This document shows, piece after piece, positions 46,845 through 56,508 of a DNA stretch of 64,000 nucleotides. Made by a program: the position numbers and the translations under genes. Every line of letters starts with the position of its first letter. The stretch's first letter is position 1. The notes under the pieces are model-generated. The model saw only the letters and a list, made by a program, of their open reading frames with translations, was not told the origin of the DNA and ran no database searches. Origin of the DNA: an uncultured Gemmatimonadales bacterium (GTDB lineage: Bacteria > Gemmatimonadota > Gemmatimonadetes > Longimicrobiales > RSA9); the NCBI GenBank assembly GCA_963783305.1, contig CAWAMW010000016.1, positions 640,001 to 704,000 on the forward strand. Direction: 5' to 3'.

Positions 46845-47142
46845 CCCGGCGCTGCAGCTGCTGGGGCTGGCCGAAAGGGCCGGCGCGGTAGTTACGGGGA
46901 CGCAACTCGTTCGGGAGAAGGTGCGCTCGGGCGGGGTTCGGTTCGCGCTGGTGGCAGCGGACCTGACGGAGACGGGGCGGGACAAGCTGGTGCCGCTCCT
47001 GGAGAGTCGGAACGTGAAGTACGTGATCCGGTACGACCGTGTCGAGCTGGGTCGTGCGGTGGGCAGGAGCCCATTGGCGGCAGTGGGGGTGGTCGATCGT
47101 GGATTCGCGGATCGGCTGAACACGTTGCTCGATGGCGAGTGA
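46837..47142 (+). CDS. L7Ae/L30e-family RNA-binding protein (YlxQ-like); start uncertain
   Basis: LQLLGLAERAG.VV.G, LVAAD, ELGRAVGR and AVGVVD.GFA between nusA and infB. Start is either ACG 46837 after AGGAGG or GTG 46792 inside nusA. Confidence 0.85.
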   Translation, partial: TSDPALQLLGLAERAGAVVTGTQLVREKVRSGGVRFALVAADLTETGRDKLVPLLESRNVKYVIRYDRVELGRAVGRSPLAAVGVVDRGFADRLNTLLDGE

Positions 47143-47175
47143 CGTGAGGGTTTTTGAGGAGGTTGCGGGAAAAGC

Positions 47176-49995
47176 ATGCGCGTATACGAGGTAGCTAAAG
47201 AATTCGATGTGGAACCGGAGAACCTGATCCAGCTTCTCCGGGAGATGGGCGTTTCGGCGCGGTCCGAGGCGTCCACGGTGACGAACGCCGACGTGGCCAA
47301 GCTGCGGGCGCTGTTCGAGCGTCAGCGGCGTGCCGGAGCGACGGGCTCGGGCGAGATTCTGGAGGCCGCCATCGAAGACGCGCAGACCTCGACCACGCGT
47401 CGTCGTCGTCGGAGGAGGCCTGAGCCGAAGGTCGAGGAGCCCGCGGCGGAGGAAGAGGCCGGGGAGGAAGAGGCCGGGGAGGAAGAGGTCGAGGAGGAAG
47501 AGGCCGAGGAGGCCGCGGTTGAGGCCCCGGTCGCCGCCGAGGCGGAGGAGGCTGAAGAGGCCGAAGAGGCGGAAGAGGCCGAGGCGGAGGAAGAAGACGT
47601 CGCCGAGGAAGAGCCGGAGGCGCCGGTGGCGGAGGAGCCGGACGAGGTAGAGCCGGAAGAGGAGGAGCCGGAGGCCGAAGCCGAGGAGGTCGTCGCGGAG
47701 TCGGAGACGGAGACGGAGGAAGAGGCCGAGAAGGAGCCGGTCGTCGCGGAGGCGGAGGAGGCCGAAGCGGAGGAAGAAGAGGCCGAGGCCGAAGAGGAGG
47801 ACGAGGCGGAGGACGCAGAGGCGGACGCGGCCGCTGTGAAGGCGAAGGCCGACGCGAACGCGAAGGTAAAGGCCGCCGCGGAGGCGGAAGCCCGGGAGAC
47901 GGAAAAGAAGAAGCGTCGTCCCAAGCGTGTGTCGGAGGGGCTTGCCCCGGCGGCGAGCGCCGGCCCGGGCGGCCGAGTCCGGATCCAGGCGGAGGGTTAC
48001 ACGGCCGACGGTCAGCGGAAGCGGGACAAGAAGAAGAAGCGTCGGAAGCGGGTGGACCAGGACGCGGTGCAGGAGAACGTGCAGCGCGTGATGGCGGAGC
48101 TGAAGGGCGGAAGCAGCGGCGGCGGTAGCCGGAAGCGGAGGTCGCGGCGCCAGGACGCGGAGTCCCGTCAGCAGCAGCAGGAGGAGGTGCAGCGGCGCGA
48201 GGCGGAGGAAGCGCAGACGGTCCGCGTGAACGAGTTCCTGACGGTGGCGGAGCTGGCGGAGCTCATCGACGAGGATGCCAGCCAGATCATCGCGAGCGCG
48301 TTCAAGAACCTCGGCCTGATGGTGACGATCAATCAGCGGCTGGACTTCGACCAGATCGAGCTGCTGCTGGACGAGTTCGGGTTCACGGCCGTGCGGGAGG
48401 AAGAGTACGGCGCGGAGACGGACGAGGAAGAGGAGATCGAGGACAAGCCGGAGGACCTGAAGCCGCGTCCGCCGGTGGTGACGGTGATGGGGCACGTGGA
48501 CCACGGCAAGACGTCGCTCCTGGACCACATCCGGAAGACCAATGTGATCGCCGGCGAGTCCGGCGGGATCACGCAGCACATTGGCGCTTATCACGTGACG
48601 CTGGATGATGGGCGCTCGCTTTCGTTCCTCGACACCCCGGGCCACGCGGCGTTCACCGCCATGCGTGCCCGGGGCGCGGACGTGACGGACGTGGTGATCC
48701 TGGTAGTGGCGGCCGATGACGCCGTCATGCCGCAGACGATCGAGGCTATCAGCCACGCCCGGAGCGCGGGCGTACCGTTGATCGTGGCGATCAACAAGAT
48801 GGACCTGCCGGGGGCGGACGCGAACCGGGTGAAGCAGGCGCTGCTCGAGCACCAGGTCGTGGTGGAGGACTTCGGTGGTGAGGTGCTGTCGCAGCCGGTG
48901 AGCGCGAAGACGGGTGAGGGGATCGACGAGCTGCTGGAGAAGGTGCTGCTCCAGGCGGAGCTGCTGGAGCTCAAGGCGAACCCGGACCGGGACGCGCACG
49001 GGATCGTGATCGAGGCGGAGCTGGACGTGGGGAAGGGCCCCGTCAGCACCGTGCTGATCACCGCCGGAACCCTCCGGGTGGGCGACGACGTGGTGTGCGG
49101 GCTGCACAGCGGCCGCGTGCGCGCCCTTCTGGATGAGCGGGGGAACCACGTGAAGGAGGTCGGGCCGGCCATGCCGGCGCAGATCCTCGGGATCAGCGGG
49201 GTGCCCCAGGCGGGCGATCGGCTGCTGGCCATGGAGCAGGAGCGGGCCGCTGAGGTGGCACAGACGCGCCAGCGACTGGAGCGGGAGAAGAAGCTCCGGA
49301 TCAAGAGCCGCGGCGTGAAGCTGACGGACATCAGCCAGCTGCTCGCGGCCGGTGAAACGGCGCAACTGAACGTCGTGATCAAGGGCGACGTGGACGGCTC
49401 GATCCAGGCGCTGAGCGACTCCATCGAGCAGCTCTCGACCGGTGAGGTCGAGGTGGACGTGATCCATCGCGGCGTGGGCGGCATCAACCGCTCTGACGTC
49501 CTGCTGGCGGCCACGACCGGCGCCATCATTATCGGCTTCCACGTGCGACCGGATGCCGATGCGCGGCAGATCGCCGAGCAGGAGGACGTGGATATTCGTC
49601 TTTACGAGGTCATCTACGAGGCGATCCAGGACGTGCGCGACGCGCTGGAGGGAATGCTGGCGCCGGAGGAGCGCGAGAAGCACCTGGGTGCGGCCGAGGT
49701 CCGGCAGCTGTTCAAGGCGCCGAAGGTGGGCACCATCGCTGGCTGCTACGTGACCGAGGGCGTGATTACGCGCGGAGAGCCCGTGCGTCTGGTGCGCGAT
49801 GGCGTGCAGATCTATCGGGGCGAGCTGGCGAGCCTGAAGCGGTTCAGGGACGACGTCCGCGAGGTTCGCGAGGGCTTCGAGTGCGGCATGAGCATCGCCG
49901 GGTACAACGACATCAAGGCCGGGGACGTCATCGAGAGCTATACCATCGAGGAGATTGCCCGGACGCTCGCCAGCTCCGCAGCGGAGCAGGGCTGA
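47176..49995 (+). CDS. infB: Translation initiation factor IF-2
   Basis: MRVYEVAKE, RPPVVTVMGHVDHGKTSLLD, GGITQHIGAY, DTPGH, NKMD and SLKRF.DDV.EV..G.ECG. Confidence 0.98.
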   Translation: MRVYEVAKEFDVEPENLIQLLREMGVSARSEASTVTNADVAKLRALFERQRRAGATGSGEILEAAIEDAQTSTTRRRRRRRPEPKVEEPAAEEEAGEEEAGEEEVEEEEAEEAAVEAPVAAEAEEAEEAEEAEEAEAEEEDVAEEEPEAPVAEEPDEVEPEEEEPEAEAEEVVAESETETEEEAEKEPVVAEAEEAEAEEEEAEAEEEDEAEDAEADAAAVKAKADANAKVKAAAEAEARETEKKKRRPKRVSEGLAPAASAGPGGRVRIQAEGYTADGQRKRDKKKKRRKRVDQDAVQENVQRVMAELKGGSSGGGSRKRRSRRQDAESRQQQQEEVQRREAEEAQTVRVNEFLTVAELAELIDEDASQIIASAFKNLGLMVTINQRLDFDQIELLLDEFGFTAVREEEYGAETDEEEEIEDKPEDLKPRPPVVTVMGHVDHGKTSLLDHIRKTNVIAGESGGITQHIGAYHVTLDDGRSLSFLDTPGHAAFTAMRARGADVTDVVILVVAADDAVMPQTIEAISHARSAGVPLIVAINKMDLPGADANRVKQALLEHQVVVEDFGGEVLSQPVSAKTGEGIDELLEKVLLQAELLELKANPDRDAHGIVIEAELDVGKGPVSTVLITAGTLRVGDDVVCGLHSGRVRALLDERGNHVKEVGPAMPAQILGISGVPQAGDRLLAMEQERAAEVAQTRQRLEREKKLRIKSRGVKLTDISQLLAAGETAQLNVVIKGDVDGSIQALSDSIEQLSTGEVEVDVIHRGVGGINRSDVLLAATTGAIIIGFHVRPDADARQIAEQEDVDIRLYEVIYEAIQDVRDALEGMLAPEEREKHLGAAEVRQLFKAPKVGTIAGCYVTEGVITRGEPVRLVRDGVQIYRGELASLKRFRDDVREVREGFECGMSIAGYNDIKAGDVIESYTIEEIARTLASSAAEQG
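47449..47508 (+). repeat. Four 15-nt tandem repeats within the Glu/Ala-rich IF-2 linker
   Basis: GAGGAAGAGGCCGGG x2, then GAGGAAGAGGTCGAG and GAGGAAGAGGCCGAG. Confidence 0.75.
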
Positions 49996-50014
49996 GGCCG
50001 GGCGGGCCTGAGCA

Positions 50015-50296
50015 TTGGTTGTCGGGGTCACGGGCTGGGACATCCAGCTCTTCGGTCCCCAGTCGCTGAAGGAAAAGCGGCGGGTGGTGAAGGGGCTGAA
50101 GGAGCGGCTCCGGACCCGGTTCAACGTTTCTGTGGCGGAGACCGACCACCACGATCTGTGGCAGCGGGCGGAGATCACCGCATGTGTGGTGGCCACCGAC
50201 CGGCGTCGCGCCGAGTCCGTGCTGGACAAGGCGGATCGGCTCGTGGAGGCCGAGGGGTCGGGGCGCATCATCGACAGCTATCGAATCTTCTATTAG
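50015..50296 (+). CDS. DUF503 (YlxP-like) protein
   Basis: SLKEKRRVVK.LK..L..RFNVSVAE....DLWQRA, located between infB and rbfA. Confidence 0.9.
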   Translation: MVVGVTGWDIQLFGPQSLKEKRRVVKGLKERLRTRFNVSVAETDHHDLWQRAEITACVVATDRRRAESVLDKADRLVEAEGSGRIIDSYRIFY

Positions 50297-50339
50297 GCGG
50301 CGCCCGCTGTAGCGGACGCCGCCCACGCACATCAGGGAT

Positions 50340-50741
50340 ATGGCTCGACATCGAATCAAGCGCGTCAACGAGCAGCTCCGGCGCGAGATCTCCCGGCTCC
50401 TGGTGGGCGAGGTACGGGACCCGCGCGTGGGCTCCGTCACGGTGACCCGCGTCTCCGCCGCGCCCGATCTCACCCTCGCCCGCGTCTTCGTGCAGCTCCT
50501 GGGAGATGAGGAGGAGCGAAAGACGACGATGCAGGGGCTCGAGGGCGCCACCCCGTTCATCCGCTCTGCCCTGGCCGACCGCATCGAGATGCGGCGGGTG
50601 CCCGAGCTCCGGTTCGAGATCGATGAGAGCCTGGAGCATGCGCTCCGGATCGAGCGCCTGCTCTCGGAAGCCGCCATGGGCGAGGACCGGGAGGACGAGT
50701 CGCCGGAGGACGAGTCGCCGGGGGACGAGTCGTTGGCATGA
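50340..50741 (+). CDS. rbfA: Ribosome-binding factor A
   Basis: R..RVNEQLRREIS, DPR, VT.V...PDL..A.V and RRVPELRF..D.S. Confidence 0.95.
   Translation: MARHRIKRVNEQLRREISRLLVGEVRDPRVGSVTVTRVSAAPDLTLARVFVQLLGDEEERKTTMQGLEGATPFIRSALADRIEMRRVPELRFEIDESLEHALRIERLLSEAAMGEDREDESPEDESPGDESLA
50691..50735 (+). repeat. Three 15-nt tandem repeats in the rbfA 3' tail
   Basis: GAGGACGAGTCGCCG x2 plus GGGGACGAGTCGTTG (EDESP EDESP GDESL). Confidence 0.8.
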
Positions 50742-51598
50742 CGGGGGTCCTGCCCGTGGACAAGCCGGCCGGGCCGTCTTCCCACGACATCGTGGGCGCC
50801 GCGCGCCGGGCATTCCACATGCGCCGGATTGGGCATACCGGGACGCTCGACCCGTTCGCTACGGGGCTGCTCCTTCTCTGCCTCGGTTCCGCGACGCGTC
50901 TGGCGGAATACCTGACCGGGATGGACAAGGAGTACGAGGCCACGGCCCGGCTGGGTGTCACCACGGATACACTGGACCACACGGGCGCGGTGACCGCGGA
51001 GGTTGCCGAGCTGCCGGCGCTGGACGCTCGTCGGGTCCGCGAGGCCTTCGAAGAGCAGGTCGGGCCACGGCTGCAGACGCCGCCGGTGTACTCCGCCAAG
51101 AAGATCGAGGGGCGGCGCGCATACGAGCTGGCGCGCGCGGGCGAGGCGGTGGTCCCGGACCCGGTGGAAGTGGCGATCCACGAGCTCGAGGTGACCGCCT
51201 GCGAGGGTGCCGAGGTCCGGTTCCGGATGCGCTGCTCGAGCGGGACCTACGTCCGGGCCGTGGCCCGGGACGCTGGCGAGGTGCTTGGCGTGGGGGCGCA
51301 CCTCACATCGCTCCGCCGGACGGCAGTGGGCGGGTTCCGGGTGGAGGGCGCGCTCACACTGGCCGCGCTGGAAGAACGAGCGGCGGTGGAATCGGCCCTG
51401 ATCACGCCACTGGAGGCGCTGGCGCACCTGCCGGTCCGGGAGTTGAGCGAAGAGGAGCGCCGGCGGGTGGGCCACGGGCAACGGCTGTCAGCCGAGGGGG
51501 AACAGTCCGGTCTGCTGGCGCTGGTGGTGGGGGAAGAGCTGGTGGCAGTGGCGGAATCCGACGGGCGGACGGTCCGACCCCGGAAGGTGTTCGCGTGA
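50738..51598 (+). CDS. truB: tRNA pseudouridine(55) synthase
   Basis: DKPAG.SSHD, GHTGTLDPFATG, Q.PP.YSA.K and CSSGTYVR. Confidence 0.96.
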   Translation: MTGVLPVDKPAGPSSHDIVGAARRAFHMRRIGHTGTLDPFATGLLLLCLGSATRLAEYLTGMDKEYEATARLGVTTDTLDHTGAVTAEVAELPALDARRVREAFEEQVGPRLQTPPVYSAKKIEGRRAYELARAGEAVVPDPVEVAIHELEVTACEGAEVRFRMRCSSGTYVRAVARDAGEVLGVGAHLTSLRRTAVGGFRVEGALTLAALEERAAVESALITPLEALAHLPVRELSEEERRRVGHGQRLSAEGEQSGLLALVVGEELVAVAESDGRTVRPRKVFA

Positions 51599-52530
51599 GC
51601 CACGCCATCGACCTCTCCATCCCGCCCGGATTCCCGCAAAGTCATCCCGGGACGGTGGTGACGGTGGGCACGTTCGATGGGGTCCATCGCGGCCACTGGG
51701 AAGTGCTCGAGGCGGTGCGGGCGCGGGCGGGACAGGTGGGACTGCCCGCGGTGCTCGTGACGTTCCACCCGCACCCCCTCTGGATCGTCCGCCCCGACCA
51801 CGCCCCCCTGCTCCTCACCACACCCCTGGAGAAGAAGGAGATCCTGGCGGAGTCGGCGCTCGATTACGCCGTGTTCCTCCCCTTCACCCACGAGCTCAAG
51901 AACTACTCTCCCGAGCGGTTCGTGGAGGAGATCCTCATGGGCCGGCTCCGGATGAAGCATCTGGTCATCGGCTACGACCACGGCTTTGGCCACGGCCGAT
52001 CGGGGGACGTGGGTACGCTGAGGGAGATCGGTGCACGGCTCGGCTTCGGCGTGCACGTCGTGGACGCGTACCGCACCAACGGCGGGGCCGTCTCCTCCAC
52101 CCGGATCCGGGAGGCGCTGCTGGACGGACGCGTCGAGGAGGCCGCCCGTGGGCTGGCGCGGCCGTATTCCATCCGCGGCACCGTGGTGCGGGGCGAGGGA
52201 CGCGGCAAGCTGCTCGGCTTCCCGACGGCGAACATCCAGGTGACCGACGCGCAGAAGCTGTTGCCGAAGGAGGGCGTGTACGCTGTGATGGCGACGGTGC
52301 GGCGCGGCAGCCTGCCCGGGGTGCTCCATCTGGGCCCGAGACCCACGTTCCGGGGGTCGCCGCCCTCCATCGAGCTGCACCTGTTCGACTGGGACGAGGA
52401 CGTGTACGGTGAGAGCGTCCGGGTCGAGTTCCACGCCCGCATCCGCGACATCCACCGGTTCGCCAACCGGGACGAACTGGTGGCGGCGATCCAGGACGAC
52501 TGCGCGAGGGCGCGGGAGGCGCTGAGCTGA
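51595..52530 (+). CDS. ribF: Bifunctional riboflavin kinase/FAD synthetase
   Basis: GTFDGVHRGH, TFHPHP, VSSTRIR, G.GRG..LGFPTAN and GPRPTF. GTGA overlap with truB. Confidence 0.95.
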   Translation: MSHAIDLSIPPGFPQSHPGTVVTVGTFDGVHRGHWEVLEAVRARAGQVGLPAVLVTFHPHPLWIVRPDHAPLLLTTPLEKKEILAESALDYAVFLPFTHELKNYSPERFVEEILMGRLRMKHLVIGYDHGFGHGRSGDVGTLREIGARLGFGVHVVDAYRTNGGAVSSTRIREALLDGRVEEAARGLARPYSIRGTVVRGEGRGKLLGFPTANIQVTDAQKLLPKEGVYAVMATVRRGSLPGVLHLGPRPTFRGSPPSIELHLFDWDEDVYGESVRVEFHARIRDIHRFANRDELVAAIQDDCARAREALS

Positions 52531-52598
52531 GCTGGAGCGGCGCGGTCTGAAGGCGCGGTGCAGAGCGCGATCCCGCGGTTGCCGCTGGCCGCGGGGGC

Positions 52599-52627
52599 TT
52601 GTCGGCAGGCGGCGGTGCATATACGTT
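52599..52627 (+). promoter_or_regulatory. Candidate promoter of rpsO
   Basis: TTGTCG-17 nt-TACGTT leading into an AT-richer leader. Confidence 0.35.
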
Positions 52628-52695
52628 TCACGACTGTTCTATATCAGGAAGCACGCTTCCCGATCAGCGAAAGTCTCTCGCGGAGGCAACGAAGG

Positions 52696-52956
52696 ATGAG
52701 CATCGACAAGACGAGCATCATCGAGAAGTACCAGCTCCACCCGACCGACCGGGGGAGCACTCCGGTCCAGATCGCGATCCTCACGGCACGAATCAACGAT
52801 CTTCGGGACCACTTCCGTGCGCACAAGCACGATCACCACAGTCGGCAGGGCCTCCTCAAGATGGTGGGGAAGCGTCGTCGTCTGCTGGATTATCTGCGGC
52901 GGCGAGACCTGGAGAAGTACCGGGAGCTGATTGCGGACCTGGGGCTGCGGCACTAG
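52696..52956 (+). CDS. rpsO: 30S ribosomal protein S15
   Basis: D.GS..VQIAILT.RI..L..H...[31 protein letters not shown]. Confidence 0.97.
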   Translation: MSIDKTSIIEKYQLHPTDRGSTPVQIAILTARINDLRDHFRAHKHDHHSRQGLLKMVGKRRRLLDYLRRRDLEKYRELIADLGLRH

Positions 52957-53137
52957 GTCGGTGGTATGGACGGCCGCGTCGAGGAATCGGCGCGGCCGTC
53001 TGAGCGATGCAGGGCGCGCGTGAGGGTACGCGTGAGGCGGCACGAGCGGCAGAAACCAAGACAGAGCGGGGCCTGTCGTGCCGAGGGGCACGGCGGGGCG
53101 GAATCGAGGCAAGAGAAAAAAAGGAAAGCAAGAGAGA

Positions 53138-55246
53138 ATGCACAGAGTCGAGAAGGAATTCGCCGGCCGGACGCTGGTGGTCGAGACGGGGAAGATGGCG
53201 CGTCAGGCGCAGGGGTCGTGTCTGATCCAGTACGGGGAGAGCACGGTGCTGGTGGCGGCCACGGTCCAGGACCGGCCGACGCACCTGCCCTTCTTCCCGC
53301 TGACGGTGGAGTACCGGGAGAAGATGTACGCCGCGGGCAAGTTCCCGGGCGGGTTCATCAAGCGTGAGGGTCGTCCGAGCGAGACGGAGGTCCTCGTGGC
53401 GCGGCAGATCGATCGGCCGATGCGCCCGCTGTTCCCGGACGGCTTCATGCACGAGACGCAGATCTACTGCTCCATCATCACGGCGGACCAGCAGAACAAC
53501 GCGGACATGCCGGCGATGTTCGGCGCGTCGCTGTCGTTGTGCATGTCGAAGATCCCGTTCGACACTCCGGTCGCCGGCGTGCGTGTGGGTCGCCTGAACG
53601 GGCAGTGGGTGCTGAACCCGACGTTCGAGCAGCTCGAGTACAGCGATGTGGACATGGTGGTGGCGGGTACGGAGCAGGCCATCACGATGGTGGAGGGCGG
53701 CGCGATGGAGGTGCCGGAGGACGAGCTGGTGGGCGCCCTCGAGGCGGCGCACCAGGGGATCAAGGAGCTGATCGGCATTCAGCGTGAGATCCTCTCGGCG
53801 CTCGAGATCCCGGAGCCCATGGAGTGGAGCCCGGCGGTGACCATCTCCGACGACCTGAAGGGCCGGGTCGAGGACCTGTCGGTGGCGCGGATGCAGGAAG
53901 CGCTGACGATCGCGGAGAAGACGGCGCGGAACGAGGCGGTGGCGACGCTGCGGGATGAGGTCATGGAGGCGCTCTCCGAGGACTTCCCGGAGGACGACGA
54001 CTCGAAGGCGATCAAGGAGCATTTCCGGGCCACGGAGAAGCGCGTCATGCGGCGCCGTGTGCTGGAGAGCAAGAAGCGGATCGACGGGCGCGGCCTGGAC
54101 GACCTCAGAGAGCTGTCGAGCGAGGTGGGGCTGCTGCCGCGGGTACACGGCTCGGCGCTGTTCACGCGGGGCCAGACGCAGGCGCTGGGCGTAGTGACGC
54201 TCGGGACGGGTGCGGACGAGCAGCGTGTGGACACGGTGGATACGCCGCCGGACACCTCGAAGTCGTTCATGCTCCATTACAACTTCCCGCCGTTCAGCGT
54301 GGGTGAGGCGCGGCCGATCCGCGGCACGAGCCGGCGAGAGCAGGGCCACGGTCATCTGGCGGAGCGGGCCATTCAGCCGCTGCTGCCCGCCTACGACGAC
54401 TTCCCGTACACGATACGGGTGGTGAGCGACGTGTTGGAGTCGAACGGTTCGAGCTCGATGGCGAGCGTGTGTGTGGCGAGCCTGTCGCTGATGGACGCGG
54501 GTGTGCCGATCAAGGCGCCGTGCGCCGGGATCGCCATGGGTCTGATCAAGGAGGGCGACGAGGTCGCGGTCCTGACGGACATCCTGGGCGTGGAGGACGC
54601 GCTCGGTGACATGGACTTCAAGGTGGCCGGCACGAGGGCGGGCGTCACGTCGATCCAGATGGACATCAAGATCGAGGGGCTGACGGTCGAGATCATGAAG
54701 GAGGCGCTGCGGCGGGCGAACGCGGCGCGCATGAAGATCCTGGACAACATGGAGCAGGCGATCGCGAATCCGCGCGAGGAGCTGAGTCAGTATGCGCCGC
54801 GGATCATCAGCATCATGATCAACCCGGAAAAGATCGGCGAGGTGATCGGACCGAAGGGGAAGACGATCCGTGGCATCCAGGAAGAGACGGGTGCGAAGAT
54901 CGACATCGACGACAGCGGCCTGGTCCGGATCTCGAGCCCTGGTGGCGAGGGCGGGGAGCGGGCGCGGCAGATGGTGGAGGCGATCACGGAAGACCCGGAG
55001 GTCGGGCGGATCTACGAGGGCGTGGTGAAGACCACCACGTCGTTCGGGGCGTTCGTCGAGATCATCCCGGGCACGGAGGGTCTCTGCCACATCTCCGAGC
55101 TGCAGGAGGAGCGGACGGAGAACACCGAGGACGTGCTGAAGGTGGGCGACGTCACGAAGGTGAAGCTGCTGGCGATCGACGAGAAGGGCCGTCTGCGCCT
55201 GTCGCGGAAGGCCGCGCTGGCCGAGCTGGCCCAGCAGGAGGCGTAG
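53138..55246 (+). CDS. pnp: Polyribonucleotide nucleotidyltransferase
   Basis: FFPLTVEY.E, GGFIKREGRPS, HGSALFTRGQTQ, HYNFPPFSVGE, ESNGSSSMA and GDMDFKVAG, with KH and S1 domains. Confidence 0.98.
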   Translation: MHRVEKEFAGRTLVVETGKMARQAQGSCLIQYGESTVLVAATVQDRPTHLPFFPLTVEYREKMYAAGKFPGGFIKREGRPSETEVLVARQIDRPMRPLFPDGFMHETQIYCSIITADQQNNADMPAMFGASLSLCMSKIPFDTPVAGVRVGRLNGQWVLNPTFEQLEYSDVDMVVAGTEQAITMVEGGAMEVPEDELVGALEAAHQGIKELIGIQREILSALEIPEPMEWSPAVTISDDLKGRVEDLSVARMQEALTIAEKTARNEAVATLRDEVMEALSEDFPEDDDSKAIKEHFRATEKRVMRRRVLESKKRIDGRGLDDLRELSSEVGLLPRVHGSALFTRGQTQALGVVTLGTGADEQRVDTVDTPPDTSKSFMLHYNFPPFSVGEARPIRGTSRREQGHGHLAERAIQPLLPAYDDFPYTIRVVSDVLESNGSSSMASVCVASLSLMDAGVPIKAPCAGIAMGLIKEGDEVAVLTDILGVEDALGDMDFKVAGTRAGVTSIQMDIKIEGLTVEIMKEALRRANAARMKILDNMEQAIANPREELSQYAPRIISIMINPEKIGEVIGPKGKTIRGIQEETGAKIDIDDSGLVRISSPGGEGGERARQMVEAITEDPEVGRIYEGVVKTTTSFGAFVEIIPGTEGLCHISELQEERTENTEDVLKVGDVTKVKLLAIDEKGRLRLSRKAALAELAQQEA

Positions 55247-55256
55247 CGAGGCCCGG

Positions 55257-56495
55257 TTGAGCGAAGATCGCATCGACCGGACAGAACTCGACGGAGGCCT
55301 GAGCGTCCTGACACAGCCCGTGTCGGGAGCGCGCTCGGCCTCCGTCGGCGTTTGGGTACGGTACGGCTCGGCGCACGAGGCGCCCGAGGAGCTGGGGGCG
55401 GCGCACCTTCTGGAGCACATGGTGTTCAAGGGCACCGGCCGGAGGACGGGTCGGGAGATCGCGGTGGTGCTGGAGCGACTGGGAGGGTCGCTGGACGCGT
55501 ACACATCGCGAGAGCACACGAGTTACCAGGCGCGGGTTCTGGACCAGGACCTCGACGTGGCGCTCGACGTGCTCGCCGACATGGTGACCGCGCCAAAGCT
55601 CGAGGAGGCCGACCTGGAGTTGGAGCGTGAGGTCGTGCTGGAGGAGATCTCCACCGTCGATGACACGCCGGACGACCTGGTATTCGAGCTCCACAACGCC
55701 GCGCTCTGGCCGGACCACTCGTACGGCCACAGCATCCTGGGAACCCGGCGATCGGTGTCGGGAATGACGGCCGCCGATCTGCGGTCGGCGCACCGCCGGG
55801 CGTACACGCGCCCAAACCTCATCCTGGCGGCGGCCGGAGCCGTAGACCACGCGCGGGTGGTGGCGGAGGCGGAGCGGCTGTTCGAGGGCGTGCCGAAAGG
55901 CGTTTCGGGCAGTACCTTGCCGGCGCCACCAGCGATAGACGCGGAGGACCGGCGGATCGAGCGGCCGGGTGCGCAGACGCACATCGTGACGGGGGGGCGG
56001 GCGATCGCGCACGGGGATCCGCGCCGATTCGCCATGGTGCTGCTGTCGAATGCAGTGGGCGGCGGCATGAGCTCCCGGCTGTTCCAGCGGGTGCGCGAGG
56101 AGTTGGGACTTGCATACGCGGTCTACACGTTCCAGTCCTTCTACCGCAGTGGCGGGATGTTCGGTGTGTACGTGGGGACACGTCCGGAGTGGGCGGATCG
56201 CGCGGTGGAGGTGATCCGGGAGGAGCTCCGTCGGGTGGCCGAAGAGGGACTGGCCGCGACGGAGTTGGAGGATGCGAAGAGCCAGCTCCGAGGGCAGATG
56301 GTGCTGGGGCTGGAGTCGCAGAGTGGGCGGGTGTACCGGCTGGCGCTGCAGGAGCTGTTCGACGAGCCGCGTCGCAGTCTGGACGAGCTCGTGGCGCGTG
56401 TGGATGCAGTGACCATGGATGAAACGATAGAGGTTGCGGCGGAGTTCCTGGACCCGGAGCGATGGCTCACGGTCCGGCTCGGCCCGGCCCTTTGA
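55257..56495 (+). CDS. M16-family (pitrilysin-like) zinc peptidase
   Basis: G.AHLLEHMVFKGT (HxxEH), ER.VVLEEI and GGGMSSRLFQ.VRE..GLAY. Confidence 0.92.
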   Translation: MSEDRIDRTELDGGLSVLTQPVSGARSASVGVWVRYGSAHEAPEELGAAHLLEHMVFKGTGRRTGREIAVVLERLGGSLDAYTSREHTSYQARVLDQDLDVALDVLADMVTAPKLEEADLELEREVVLEEISTVDDTPDDLVFELHNAALWPDHSYGHSILGTRRSVSGMTAADLRSAHRRAYTRPNLILAAAGAVDHARVVAEAERLFEGVPKGVSGSTLPAPPAIDAEDRRIERPGAQTHIVTGGRAIAHGDPRRFAMVLLSNAVGGGMSSRLFQRVREELGLAYAVYTFQSFYRSGGMFGVYVGTRPEWADRAVEVIREELRRVAEEGLAATELEDAKSQLRGQMVLGLESQSGRVYRLALQELFDEPRRSLDELVARVDAVTMDETIEVAAEFLDPERWLTVRLGPAL

Positions 56496-56508
56496 ACAGG
56501 AGTTTGAG

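Noticed and set aside
47449..47800. Repetitive GAG-rich tract considered as a CRISPR array or mobile repeat
   Set aside because: No constant repeat with unique spacers. It is in-frame low-complexity coding sequence within infB, and no cas genes are present.
46555..50271. 1238-aa minus-strand ORF and other long antisense ORFs (e.g. 28489-31173, 52856-55519, 22644-24743)
   Set aside because: They shadow well-conserved genes on the opposite strand (infB, pcrA, pnp, manC/glmU-like). They have no recognisable motifs and are expected from high GC3 codon bias.
52957..53137. rpsO-pnp intergenic stem (GGCACGA...TCGTGCC) as an RNase III autoregulatory site
   Set aside because: The pairing is short and imperfect and cannot be supported without folding or conservation analysis.
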